From NCBI GenBank assembly GCA_963677595.1, contig OY782041.1:2016001-2080000 (forward strand): a stretch of DNA of 64,000 nucleotides. The letters run 5' to 3'. Positions 37,454 through 47,289 of this stretch are shown piece by piece. This DNA comes from Spirochaetia bacterium. GTDB lineage: Bacteria > Spirochaetota > Spirochaetia > CAKZLE01. The number at the start of each line of letters is the position of its first letter. Within the stretch, counting starts at the first letter, position 1. The position numbers and the translations under genes were made by a program. The notes below the pieces were generated by a model, which saw nothing but the letters and a program-made list of their open reading frames with translations, searched no databases and was not told the DNA's origin.

Positions 37454-38476
37454 ATGAGAAAGAAGGTTGTTTTAGCAATGTTGTGTCTGGCTGTGGTGTT
37501 CAGCCCCCTGTTCGCCGGCGGCGCACAGGAGAAGGAGACCGAGAAGGCGTATCGGATCGCATGGTATGCACCTGCAGTCCATCCCTATTTCGATGCCGTA
37601 CAGAAAGGTGTGAAAGCATTCGAGGCAGATACCGGTATCGCCGTCCACCAGCAGATCGGGCCTGACTGGATCCAGGATTCAGAGACCCAGAATGTGGAAG
37701 CCCTGGCTGCTAAGGGGTACGATGCGTTCACGATCTATCCGACCGACCCGACAGGAGCGAACAGCCTCTATGAGGAACTGACCGACAGGGGGAAGGTGAT
37801 CGTCAACTTCGGGACCAGCACGAGCCAGCCTACGACCGCATCGTTCGCGGTGGCGACAGACGTCAAGGTGGCAGCCATGGATGCGACTGAATTCCTGATC
37901 AAGAAGATGGGCGGCAAGGGAAAGATCCTGAACGTCCTCGAAGTCCTTACCGATGCGAATACCAAGCTGAGGAAGGAGGGAGTCGAGGAAGTCGCGGCCA
38001 AATACCCGGATGTTGAGATCGTCCAGGAAGTCGGCGATATCACCTCCATCGAGGAAGCGACTGAGAAGATCGAGAATGCACTTTCGGCGAACCAGGGGAA
38101 TATCGACGGTGTCATCTGCACCGGCTATACCACCACGGTAGCCGCTGCCCAGCTGCTGTCCGAGCTCAACGTCGACGGGGCAAAGAGGATCGCGTTCATC
38201 GGTATCGATGATGACCCGATCGTGCTTGATGCGATCAGGGCCGGGAGCATTGACGGCACCATCGCACAGAACCCCTACGGTCACGGGTATATTACCTGTA
38301 AGGTACTGACCTACCTGCTCGACGGGTATACCCCGAAAGCCGGTGTCTATTTCATCAACTCGGGGGTCGCGGTCGTGACTGCCGACAATGTGGACACCTA
38401 CAGCGAGGACCTCACTGCCGTGACGAAGAATATCATCGATTCCATGGAATCAGCATACCTGAACGCACCGAAATAG
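37454..38476 (+). CDS. Sugar ABC transporter substrate-binding protein
   Basis: MRKK..LFAGGAQE leader, HPYF, GIDD, AQNPYGHG. Confidence 0.9.
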   Translation: MRKKVVLAMLCLAVVFSPLFAGGAQEKETEKAYRIAWYAPAVHPYFDAVQKGVKAFEADTGIAVHQQIGPDWIQDSETQNVEALAAKGYDAFTIYPTDPTGANSLYEELTDRGKVIVNFGTSTSQPTTASFAVATDVKVAAMDATEFLIKKMGGKGKILNVLEVLTDANTKLRKEGVEEVAAKYPDVEIVQEVGDITSIEEATEKIENALSANQGNIDGVICTGYTTTVAAAQLLSELNVDGAKRIAFIGIDDDPIVLDAIRAGSIDGTIAQNPYGHGYITCKVLTYLLDGYTPKAGVYFINSGVAVVTADNVDTYSEDLTAVTKNIIDSMESAYLNAPK

Positions 38477-38496
38477 ATGTAACAATGTAAGGAATT

Positions 38497-38523
38497 GGCA
38501 TCAGCCGGATCCCGGCTGATGCC
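38497..38523 (+). other. Intergenic stem-loop after the SBP gene
   Basis: GGCATCAGCCGG-ATC-CCGGCTGATGCC; no T tail, so probably an mRNA stabiliser. Confidence 0.5.
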
Positions 38524-38545
38524 TGTCAATGGAGAACATGTAACC

Positions 38546-40057
38546 ATGCTTGAACTGCAGCATATCGGAAAATCATTTCCCGGAGTCAGGGCTCTGGATG
38601 ACATCAATCTCACATTCAGCCCCGGGGAGATCCATGCCCTGCTTGGGGAGAACGGAGCCGGGAAGAGCACCATGATCAAAGTGGTGAGCGGGATCTATCC
38701 TGTCTATGACGGCGAGTTCTTCGTGGACGGGCAGCGGATGACTCTCAGAAGTTACCAGGATGCCCTGGACCACGGGATCAGCGTGGTGAACCAGGAGATA
38801 CAGGTCATCCCGGAGAGTTCGGTGGCTGAGAACATCGTGATGGATAAGCTGCATCTGTTCCGGAAGGCCGGGAGGATCGAGTGGAAGCGGATCTATGAGT
38901 TCGCCTCGAAGTACCTGAAGATGGTAGACCTGCAGCTCGATCCCCGGACCCCGATCGGGCCGCTGAGCGCGGCACAGAAGCAGCTGGTCCAGATTGCCAA
39001 GGCGCTCTCCTGTGACTCGAAGATCCTCATCCTCGATGAACCGACCTCCTCGGTGACGAAGCATGAGGCGGCGAACCTGTTCTCCATCATGCGGAGGCTT
39101 AAGGAGAGGGGAGTGACCCTGATCTTCGTCTCCCATAAGCTTGAAGAGATCTTCGAGGTCTGTGACCGGGTCACGGTCATCCGGGACGGAAAGTGGGTTG
39201 GTACAGATCATGTAAGCAGCCTGGACCGTGAGAAGATCATCGAGATGATGATCGGCAGGAAGTGCAGCAATGAGTACCTCGGGAACCTCGACAGGAACGG
39301 GGAGGATATCGTCCTCGAGGCTGTGGGGATCACGAAGGAGTCTGAGATCGAGGATGCGTCCTTCCAGCTCAGGAGAGGAGAGATCCTGGGGTTCTACGGG
39401 CTTGTCGGTGCAGGCCGGACCGAGCTGGCAAAGATCCTTATCGGCAGCACGAAGGCGGACAGCGGGGTGCTCCGGGTCCACGGCCGGGAGGTCGAGATCA
39501 GGAGTGTCGCAGACGCTATCTATACCCATGGCATCGGGTATGTCTCGGAGAACAGGAAGGAGGAGGGGCTGATCCTCGATTTCGATGTCGAGCAGAACAT
39601 CGGGATCACGATCTGGTCCAGGATGCGGGCAAAGCTCTCCCGGAAGATAGATGACCGAGCCATCAGGGATGTTGAGCGGCGGCATATCGACAGGCTGAAG
39701 ATCAAGATAACGGGACTCGACCAGATGGTGAAGAACCTGAGCGGCGGGAACCAGCAGAAGGTGAGCATCGCGAAATGGCTGGCAGCGGACTGCGACATCC
39801 TCATCATCGATGAGCCGACCGTCGGTGTCGATGTCGGGGCGAAGGAGTATATCCACGAACTGATCTGGGACCTTGCGAAGGAGCAGCATACATCGATCAT
39901 CCTCATCAGCTCGGACCTCCCGGAGATGGTGAAGCTCGCAAGGAGGATCCTGGTCTTCAAGGAACACAGGATCGTCGCTGAACTCGATGATATCCATACC
40001 CGGGAGTCCCTCTGTGAGGATGAGATATCCCGGAGGATCGGGGCCTACCTGGTCTGA
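38546..40057 (+). CDS. Sugar ABC transporter ATP-binding protein (RbsA-like, double NBD)
   Basis: GENGAGKST, LDEPT, LSGGNQQK, DEPTVGVDVGAK. Confidence 0.94.
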   Translation: MLELQHIGKSFPGVRALDDINLTFSPGEIHALLGENGAGKSTMIKVVSGIYPVYDGEFFVDGQRMTLRSYQDALDHGISVVNQEIQVIPESSVAENIVMDKLHLFRKAGRIEWKRIYEFASKYLKMVDLQLDPRTPIGPLSAAQKQLVQIAKALSCDSKILILDEPTSSVTKHEAANLFSIMRRLKERGVTLIFVSHKLEEIFEVCDRVTVIRDGKWVGTDHVSSLDREKIIEMMIGRKCSNEYLGNLDRNGEDIVLEAVGITKESEIEDASFQLRRGEILGFYGLVGAGRTELAKILIGSTKADSGVLRVHGREVEIRSVADAIYTHGIGYVSENRKEEGLILDFDVEQNIGITIWSRMRAKLSRKIDDRAIRDVERRHIDRLKIKITGLDQMVKNLSGGNQQKVSIAKWLAADCDILIIDEPTVGVDVGAKEYIHELIWDLAKEQHTSIILISSDLPEMVKLARRILVFKEHRIVAELDDIHTRESLCEDEISRRIGAYLV

Positions 40058-40158
40058 GGCAGGTATCCCTGAGGCGTTTTTCCGTATCTGTGCTGAGATA
40101 TATGATGCAGGATTGTCGTGATCAATGCTATACTGCCAGTAAGGGAGTACAAAAAGTA

Positions 40159-40722
40159 ATGAAGACGATCCTCTGGTATACCTCATGGACAGGGCATACG
40201 GAGCTCTATGCAGACTGGCTGGGCAAGGAGATCAGGAAGGCCCCGGTACATGCGAACAATGTCGACCTGTCGACCCTCATGGTCCACGACCTGATCATTT
40301 ACGGAGGACCAGTCCACTCTGATAAGATCTCCGGGTTCGAGCGGATCAGGAAGGTCTTCCCCTACCTCGAGAAGCAGCGTCTCGTCGTCTTTGCCGTCGG
40401 GACCGTACCGGACAGCGAGGAGAACACCAGCCGCCTCAAGGCGAAGAACCTTGCCGGGCTCGACCAGGAGAGGATCGCTTTCTTCTACCTCAGGGGCGGG
40501 TTCGACCCGGAACGGCTCTCTGGTTTGCATAAGCTGTCCGTCAACTTCTTCAAGTTCCGCCTGCTCAGGAGAGATATCACCTCGCTCACGGAGGGGGAAC
40601 GGAGCCTGCTCGCTGCCTACAGCCAGGCTACCAACTACACCGACAAAGAGTACCTCAAGCCGATGCTGGAGCACATCAAAGGGCTCTATGCTGAACAGCG
40701 GGCGATCTCCCCGTTCCGGTAG
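40159..40722 (+). CDS. Flavodoxin-domain protein (HemG-like fold)
   Basis: YTSWTGHTELYA, IYGGPVH, FYLRGG. Confidence 0.82.
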   Translation: MKTILWYTSWTGHTELYADWLGKEIRKAPVHANNVDLSTLMVHDLIIYGGPVHSDKISGFERIRKVFPYLEKQRLVVFAVGTVPDSEENTSRLKAKNLAGLDQERIAFFYLRGGFDPERLSGLHKLSVNFFKFRLLRRDITSLTEGERSLLAAYSQATNYTDKEYLKPMLEHIKGLYAEQRAISPFR

Positions 40723-40841
40723 GGGGAGGCAGGCGTGGCTGCCTGAAATAAATAGTTGCCAATAGCAACTTTTAAGCTTTACAAAATCTGTCAGAATTAT
40801 TATCTTATGCCACATATGTGAATAGAGGAGAAACAAAACAT

Positions 40842-41882
40842 ATGTGGAACGTACTGCAATGGATCAAACAGCATCTATCGATACTGCTGCCTATCGTCAT
40901 GGTCGCCGGGTTCCTGTTCGGGATCACGTTCGAGAGCATGGCGTGGGGGAAGCAGTTCATCCTACCCCTGACGATCTTCATGGTCCTGCCGATGATGATC
41001 ATGTTCCCGGTCAGGCAGCTGTTCACCAACGGCATCTCGATGAGACTGCTCCTGGTGAACCTGCTGGTCAACTTCGTCATCTTCCCGCTCTTCGTCTTCG
41101 GACTCGGGCGATTCTTCTTCGCTGACAACCCCGGCTTCATGCTCGGTATCTTCATGCTCGGGCTCATCCCGACGAGCGGCATGACGATCTCCTGGACCGG
41201 GTTCGCCAAGGGGAACATGAAGGCTGCCGTGAGCCTGACGGTGATCGGATTGCTGCTCGGGGCAGTCCTTGCACCGGTCTACCTCTCCCTCATGCTCGGG
41301 AAGTCCTCCTCGGTGCCCATGGGATCGATCTTCGTGCAGATCCTGCTCGTGGTCTTCCTGCCGATGGTCATCGGGAACCTGATCAGGATGCTCCTGGTGA
41401 AAACACAGGGGGAACAGCGGTTCAAGACCTACTGGAAGCAGAGGATACCGACGCTCTCGAGCCTCGGTGTCCTCCTGATCGTCTTCCTTGCCATCGCCCT
41501 CAAGGCGAAGACCCTCGTGAAGGATCCCTCGCAGGTCATCATCGCGCTCGTCCCCATCCTCATCTTCTATGCGGTCGCCTATGCGGTCAGTACCTTCACT
41601 GCCCGTATCGCCTTCAACAGGGTCGTCGACGGGGTCGACCAGGTCCATTTCCAGGGGACTTCCCTGGTATTCTCAACCGTGATGCGCAACCTGTCGATCG
41701 TGCTCGCTATCGCGGTGACCGCCTTCCCCGAGTACGGCGGGAGCGCTGCCCTCGTGCTTGCGCTTGCCTATGCCCTCCAGGTGCAGACCGCCTCGCTCTA
41801 TGTGCGGTACGCGGATAAATTGCTGCGCGCATCCGGCAGTAAGCGGGCAGCACGTGAGATTCGTGTCGGCGCTGCAGAGTAG
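40842..41882 (+). CDS. ACR3 / bile-acid:Na+ symporter superfamily carrier
   Basis: PMM, NFVIFP, PTSGMTISWT.FAKGN, MRNLSI.LAIA; about 10 TM. Confidence 0.82.
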   Translation: MWNVLQWIKQHLSILLPIVMVAGFLFGITFESMAWGKQFILPLTIFMVLPMMIMFPVRQLFTNGISMRLLLVNLLVNFVIFPLFVFGLGRFFFADNPGFMLGIFMLGLIPTSGMTISWTGFAKGNMKAAVSLTVIGLLLGAVLAPVYLSLMLGKSSSVPMGSIFVQILLVVFLPMVIGNLIRMLLVKTQGEQRFKTYWKQRIPTLSSLGVLLIVFLAIALKAKTLVKDPSQVIIALVPILIFYAVAYAVSTFTARIAFNRVVDGVDQVHFQGTSLVFSTVMRNLSIVLAIAVTAFPEYGGSAALVLALAYALQVQTASLYVRYADKLLRASGSKRAAREIRVGAAE

Positions 41883-41957
41883 TTTCTTTTCGATGTAACA
41901 AGATCTTCATGGCCCCCGCCCCTCCTCAGTGGTATACTACCTGGGAGGAGGAGTGTG

Positions 41958-42503
41958 ATGAAGACGAAGATCTGTTATACCTCGAATACCGGGTTCACCG
42001 AGACCTATGCCGGGTGGCTCGGGGAGTCCCTGAAAAATTCCCCTGCCAGGCTGAAGGAAGTCAGCCGGTCCGACCTTGCAGGGCTGGAGCTGGTCATCTA
42101 TGCTGCCCCCGTACATGCCGGGAGGATCGCGAAGCTCGGGCGTGTCAGGCGTATGGTGCAGAGGCTCGGTGGTACGAAGCTGATCATCATCGCTGTCGGC
42201 GCTTCAGAGGATGATGAGGAGAATACCGGGAAGCTGCTTGGGAAGAATTTCCCGGGCGGGCTGCAGGAGGACACCTCCTTCTTCTACCTTCGGGGCGGGA
42301 TGAACTACGGTGAGTTGAAGGGGTTCATGAAGTGGATGATGGGCACCTTCCGCAATGCGACTATGAAGAAGGACCCTGCGCAGCTGAGCGAAGACGAGAA
42401 GGAGATGCTCGCCTCATTCGAGCATCCCGTGGACCACAGCAGCAGGGAGTTCCTCGTCCCCGTCCTGGAGTATGTCACGTCGCTTGAGACAATCACAAAT
42501 TGA
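41958..42503 (+). CDS. Flavodoxin-domain protein (HemG-like fold)
   Basis: YTSNTGFTETYA, PVHAG, FYLRGG; GGAGGAGG RBS. Confidence 0.82.
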   Translation: MKTKICYTSNTGFTETYAGWLGESLKNSPARLKEVSRSDLAGLELVIYAAPVHAGRIAKLGRVRRMVQRLGGTKLIIIAVGASEDDEENTGKLLGKNFPGGLQEDTSFFYLRGGMNYGELKGFMKWMMGTFRNATMKKDPAQLSEDEKEMLASFEHPVDHSSREFLVPVLEYVTSLETITN

Positions 42504-42562
42504 TTCGAAGAATCACAAATTGATTCAACGAATCACAGATTGATTCGAAGAATCAATAATTG
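42491..42562. repeat. 20-bp tandem repeat (~3.5 copies) containing TGATTC-N3-GAATCA palindromes
   Basis: AATCACAAATTGATTCGAAG / AATCACAAATTGATTCAACG / AATCACAGATTGATTCGAAG / AATCAATAATTG. Confidence 0.9.
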
Positions 42563-42596
42563 TGGTATCCCCGTACCTGGATTATAATAGTGAACT

Positions 42597-44369
42597 ATGA
42601 CGAACACCATACAAGGCAAGTACACCCTCATCATCATCGTCGTGGTCACCGTGTTTCTGGCCGGGCTGCTGGGGATCAACTATACCCTGCTCAAGGCCCA
42701 TTCCCTGAGTACTGCGAAGGAGACATCCCACCTGCTGCTGGGAAACGTGGACAACCAGGTGAACCTGGCCTTGAAGGATATCGAGGCGATCGTCTCCACC
42801 CTGGTCGAATCCGAGTCGGTGCAGCAGGTCGATACCCTCAGGATGAAGGATATCTTCCTCGCCAACGTGAATGCCAGGAGCTCCTACATACGGGCGATCT
42901 ACCTGGGGACCGAGGAGGGGAAGATGTACGAATGGGGCCAGGGGCCGGGATTCGTCGAGAACACCCCCACCTTCCCCGAGGGCTACGACCCAAGGATCCG
43001 CCCCTGGTACCGGACGGCGGTCGAGCAGGGCGGCTATGCCGTCACCGATCCCTATATCTACGCGAGCATAAAGGCCATGGGGGTGACTGCCGTGAAGCCC
43101 GTCTATGCTGACGGGAAGTTCGTCGGGGTGCTTGGCCTGGACCTGATCTTCGACGGGCTGCAGAACATGGTGGACTCCCTTAACGTCGAGAAGGGCGGGC
43201 GGATCGTCCTTCTCTCCCGTAATCATGAGATCCTCGTGGACCAGTTCCAGCCGACTGAGGAGCTGATCACCGAGCTCGAACCCTTCGAGTACCCTGAGAT
43301 TCTCGCCTCCGTCCAGCCGTATGAGATCGTGACGGTAGGGGGGATACGCTACATGGTGGAGGAGGCGGTCAACCTTGATACCGGGTGGACCATCCTCATC
43401 TTCATCCCCTATGACGCGATCATCTCCTTCTCCCAGGAGACGGTGAAGATCATCATCTTCTATGACCTCCTGATCATGATGCTGCTCGGGGTGGTGGTGA
43501 CCTTCGTCTCGAGGAGGATCCTCACCAACCCGCTGGAGTCGATCATCGGCGTGATGCGGGAGCGGGAGCAGGGTGACCAGCAGGTCCGCATCCCGGACCA
43601 GCGGGTCTATGAGTTCAAGCTGATCGCACGGCTGTTCAACCGGCTGACCGACATATCCGACGAGATCGCCCAGCAGCAGGAAGAGCGGGTACGGAAGCGG
43701 ACCGAGGAGGTCCTCTCCCTCCAGAAGGAGAATACCCGTCTTCGCATCGTGAAGGAGAAGGAGCAGCTCTACTCGAACCTCCACGACTCGCTCGGTGCAC
43801 GCCTGACCGGGATCCATATCAGCAACACGGTCGCCAGGAGTGCGCTTGCGAGAGGGGAGTACACCCTCCTCGAGGCCATGCACAACAGGATCGACCAGAA
43901 TGCCGAGCAGGGGATCCATGACCTGCGGGAGCTCCTGATCACCAATGAGGCCGTCCCGTTCACTTCCGATGATCTTGTCCGGTATATAAAGAAGCGGATG
44001 CGTGAGCGGCTGGCCCTGCAGAACATCACCTTCACCTACCAGCTCCCCGTAAGCAGGGAGTTGGAGACGCTTGAAGCGGACCTGCTTTCAGGTCTCATGC
44101 GGGTCTTCCAGGAGATGGTGACCAATACCCTCAAATACGCGGAAGCGCTCCATGTCGAGCTCTCGATGTCGTTCCACGGGAACCGGTTCAATGTGAGCTA
44201 CCATGACGACGGCCTCGGGTTCGAGAGCAAGACGGTACAGCAGGAGAGCTTCGGGATCAAGGGGATCATCAGGCGAGTCAAGGACCTTGGGGGGACGGTG
44301 AAGCTCACCACGAGGCCGGGCCGGGGCGTCAAGTATGAGATCTCATTCCCTGCAGGAGGTGAGGCATGA
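42597..44369 (+). CDS. Sensor histidine kinase (dCache + HAMP + HisKA_3 + HATPase)
   Basis: Two TM segments, YDPRIRPWY, LHDSLG, QEMVTNTLKY, DDGLGF, GIKGI. Confidence 0.92.
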   Translation: MTNTIQGKYTLIIIVVVTVFLAGLLGINYTLLKAHSLSTAKETSHLLLGNVDNQVNLALKDIEAIVSTLVESESVQQVDTLRMKDIFLANVNARSSYIRAIYLGTEEGKMYEWGQGPGFVENTPTFPEGYDPRIRPWYRTAVEQGGYAVTDPYIYASIKAMGVTAVKPVYADGKFVGVLGLDLIFDGLQNMVDSLNVEKGGRIVLLSRNHEILVDQFQPTEELITELEPFEYPEILASVQPYEIVTVGGIRYMVEEAVNLDTGWTILIFIPYDAIISFSQETVKIIIFYDLLIMMLLGVVVTFVSRRILTNPLESIIGVMREREQGDQQVRIPDQRVYEFKLIARLFNRLTDISDEIAQQQEERVRKRTEEVLSLQKENTRLRIVKEKEQLYSNLHDSLGARLTGIHISNTVARSALARGEYTLLEAMHNRIDQNAEQGIHDLRELLITNEAVPFTSDDLVRYIKKRMRERLALQNITFTYQLPVSRELETLEADLLSGLMRVFQEMVTNTLKYAEALHVELSMSFHGNRFNVSYHDDGLGFESKTVQQESFGIKGIIRRVKDLGGTVKLTTRPGRGVKYEISFPAGGEA

Positions 44370-45013
44370 TCAATGTGGCGATCATCGAGGACTCCATCGA
44401 TGCACGGGAGGGGTTTCGGTACCTGCTGAACCTCGACCCCGAGATCCGGGTCCTGCAGGCCTTCGAGTCGGCTGAACCCCTGCTCATGAAGCCCGAGCTC
44501 CTCGGGATGCTCGATATCATCCTCATGGATATCGAACTTCCGGGGATGGACGGGATCACGGCGACCGGGAGGATCAAGAAGTCCAATCCCGGGATCGACA
44601 TCCTGATCCTCACCATCTTCGAGGAGCAGGACAAGATCCTGCGGGCCATCCAAGCCGGGGCTACGGGGTATATCCTCAAGAACAGTGACCCGACCGAGCT
44701 GGTGAGCCAGATCAAGAGCATCAGCCAGGGAGGGTCCCCGATCAGCCCCCATGTTGCCAGGACCCTGGTCGAACAGCTGCAGAAGGAGCGGGATCAGCAG
44801 AAGAGCCCCGAGGACTACCACCTGACGGCAAGGGAGATCGAGATCTGCCGTGAGATCATAGACGGGTACACCTACCGTGAGATCGCAGACCACCTGAGCA
44901 TCTCCGGGACGACGGCCAAGCGCCACATCCTCAACGTCTATGCGAAGCTCGAGGTCAGCTCCAAGGTCGAGTTCATGCGCAAGATCGTGACCGAGGGGCT
45001 CTTCACGATCTGA
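44366..45013 (+). CDS. NarL/LuxR family response regulator
   Basis: IIED, LMDIELPGMDG, GYILK, LTAREIE HTH; ATGA overlap with the kinase. Confidence 0.94.
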   Translation: MINVAIIEDSIDAREGFRYLLNLDPEIRVLQAFESAEPLLMKPELLGMLDIILMDIELPGMDGITATGRIKKSNPGIDILILTIFEEQDKILRAIQAGATGYILKNSDPTELVSQIKSISQGGSPISPHVARTLVEQLQKERDQQKSPEDYHLTAREIEICREIIDGYTYREIADHLSISGTTAKRHILNVYAKLEVSSKVEFMRKIVTEGLFTI

Positions 45014-45017
45014 GTAC

Positions 45018-45033
45018 TACACCATTTGGTGTA
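45018..45033. promoter_or_regulatory. 7-2-7 inverted repeat, candidate response-regulator site
   Basis: TACACCA-TT-TGGTGTA upstream of the symporter gene. Confidence 0.5.
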
Positions 45034-45150
45034 TGGATGACCCATGATCTCCCCTTCCCAGCCAGAATTTCAATCCCTTTGGTGAATAGGAAACACCTCA
45101 TCCCTGTGATTAGATAGAGATAGATAATCATACACAGGGAGGAAATTCGC

Positions 45151-46434
45151 ATGAGCGCAGAAACAAAGAAAGGGGCATTCGACTGGTACTTCAAGTCGAA
45201 CCTGCTCATCAGGATATTCATCGGCCTGGTTGCCGGTGCATTGGTCGGTATCATATTCGGTGAGAGCATCACCTGGCTGAACCCGCTGGGAAGTATCCTG
45301 GTAGGCCTGCTGAAGATGATCGTCATGCCGGTCATCCTGTCGACCCTCGTCGTCGGCGCGGCTAGCATCAAGCCTTCGACCCTCGGCAAGGTCGGGGTGA
45401 AGATCATCGTCTTCTACATGATCACCTCAGCCTTCGCGGTCGCAGTCGGCCTGCTGATGGGGAACATCTTCAAGCCCGGACTCGGGCTGGCCCTCGGCTC
45501 GGCAGCTGATGCCGCCGGGAAGGTCCTCACGAAGCCCAACTTCATGGACACCCTCATCGCGATCATCCCGACGAATCCCTTCGGTGCCATCTCGAACGGT
45601 CAGGTCCTGCCGACGATCTTCTTCGCGATCATTCTCGGGATCGCTATCTCCTTCCTGCGGGACAGCAAGACTGCACGTATCAAGGAGAGCGCCGAGACGA
45701 TCTTTCGTGTGTTCGACGGCCTTGCAGAGGCGATGTACCTGATCGTCAACGGCGTACTGCAGTATGCCCCGATCGGTGTCTTCGCCCTGATCGCAGTCGT
45801 CTTCGGGAAGCAGGGAGCATCCGCTGTAGGGTCCCTGGGGACCGTGACACTCGCTGCCTTCCTCGGATACATCGTCCATGTCGCTGTCGTCTACACGATC
45901 ATCCTCTTGGTCAGCAAGATCAGTCCCGCCAAATTCTTCAAGGGAGCACGGGCACCGATGGTCACCGCGTTCGTCACACGATCGAGCAGCGGTACGCTGC
46001 CTGTCACCATGAAGGCCATGGATGAGAACTTCGGGGTCTCGAAGAACGTCTACTCCTTCACTCTCCCGCTCGGCGCGACCATCAACATGGATGGTACGGC
46101 CATCTACCAGGGTGTCTGTGCACTCTTCATCGGCTTCGCTATCGGCATGCCGCTCTCCTTCGCCCAGCAGATGACGGTCATCGTCACTGCAGTGCTCGCA
46201 TCGATCGGTACAGCCGGAGTTCCCGGTGCAGGTGCGATCATGCTCCTCATGGTACTCAACTCGGTAGGCCTCCCGGTAGAGGCAGGCACCCCGGTAGCGG
46301 CTGCCTACGCCATGGTCCTCGGGATCGACGCGATCCTCGATATGGGACGGACTGCTGTCAATGTGACCGGTGACATGACCGGTACCCTCGTTGTCGCAAA
46401 GAGCGAAAAGCAGGTAGATGCAGCAAAGCTATAA
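45151..46434 (+). CDS. Dicarboxylate/amino acid:cation symporter (GltP/GltPh family)
   Basis: TRSSSGTLP, GATINMDGT, GTAGVPG, DMGRTAVNV. Confidence 0.95.
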   Translation: MSAETKKGAFDWYFKSNLLIRIFIGLVAGALVGIIFGESITWLNPLGSILVGLLKMIVMPVILSTLVVGAASIKPSTLGKVGVKIIVFYMITSAFAVAVGLLMGNIFKPGLGLALGSAADAAGKVLTKPNFMDTLIAIIPTNPFGAISNGQVLPTIFFAIILGIAISFLRDSKTARIKESAETIFRVFDGLAEAMYLIVNGVLQYAPIGVFALIAVVFGKQGASAVGSLGTVTLAAFLGYIVHVAVVYTIILLVSKISPAKFFKGARAPMVTAFVTRSSSGTLPVTMKAMDENFGVSKNVYSFTLPLGATINMDGTAIYQGVCALFIGFAIGMPLSFAQQMTVIVTAVLASIGTAGVPGAGAIMLLMVLNSVGLPVEAGTPVAAAYAMVLGIDAILDMGRTAVNVTGDMTGTLVVAKSEKQVDAAKL

Positions 46435-47185
46435 CCCCAGTCGGATGATCATCATCGGCGGCGGCGTCGGCCCCCTCGCGGGGGTCGACCTCCACCGGCA
46501 GATCATCGAACTGACTGAGACGACCGGGAGGGACCAGGACCACCTGCGGGTGCTCCACCTCTCCTGTTCAGACATGATCCCCGACAGGACGGAAGCCCTG
46601 CTTGGGGGAAACCCGGAAGGCCCGGCATTGGGGATGGCACGGATCCTCACGGCAGCTGAAGCCTGCTGTGACCGCATGTTCCTCCAGGGGTATGCCGCAG
46701 TTCCCTGCAATACCTTCCATGCCCCGGCGATCTGGGACCGCTTCCAGCAGGCCCTGGCCGAGGCAGGTTCAAGGCTGCAGGTCCTGAACATGATCAGCAT
46801 CACGATCGATCATATACGGACGTGCTATCCCGGGATCCGGAGGATCGGCATCATGTCGACCACCGGGACCCGGAAGACAGGAGTCTATGCTGGGCTCCTC
46901 GCTGAGGCTGGGTATGAGACGGTCCAGACTGATGACCAGGAGCTGCTGCATGAGATGATCTACAACACCTCCTACGGTATCAAGGCTGTGGCGCCAGTAT
47001 CTGGGGAGGCTATGGGGATCGGCAGGAGGATCCTTGCAGAGCTCCAGGACAAGGGTGCGGAGGCAGTCATCCTTGGCTGCACCGAACTACCGCTTGCCCT
47101 TCCAGAATCGCAGTACCGGGGGATCCCCCTGATCAACCCCGTCCGGCTCCTCGCTCTGGAACTGATCCGCAGCGTGCGTCAATAA
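46418..47185 (+). CDS. Aspartate/glutamate racemase family protein
   Basis: GGGVGPLA, DQDH, PDRT, two catalytic cysteines PCNT and GCTE. Confidence 0.9.
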   Translation: MQQSYNPSRMIIIGGGVGPLAGVDLHRQIIELTETTGRDQDHLRVLHLSCSDMIPDRTEALLGGNPEGPALGMARILTAAEACCDRMFLQGYAAVPCNTFHAPAIWDRFQQALAEAGSRLQVLNMISITIDHIRTCYPGIRRIGIMSTTGTRKTGVYAGLLAEAGYETVQTDDQELLHEMIYNTSYGIKAVAPVSGEAMGIGRRILAELQDKGAEAVILGCTELPLALPESQYRGIPLINPVRLLALELIRSVRQ

Positions 47186-47289
47186 CCGTAACGACAGAGC
47201 CCTCCCATTCATGCTGCCGCCTCGAGAGAGGCGGCTTTCTGCAGTGGTATATCCCAGATGAATTTTGTATGAATCGTATAGATTCACTC

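Noticed and set aside
38573-40186. 537-aa minus-strand ORF (similar ones at 16154..17362, 42582..43919, 54389..55438 and 57265..58272)
   Set aside because: Antisense shadows of well-supported genes, expected from biased codon usage; no recognisable motifs
42491-42562. Possible mini-CRISPR array
   Set aside because: Contiguous 20-bp units with no unique spacers, and no cas genes in the window
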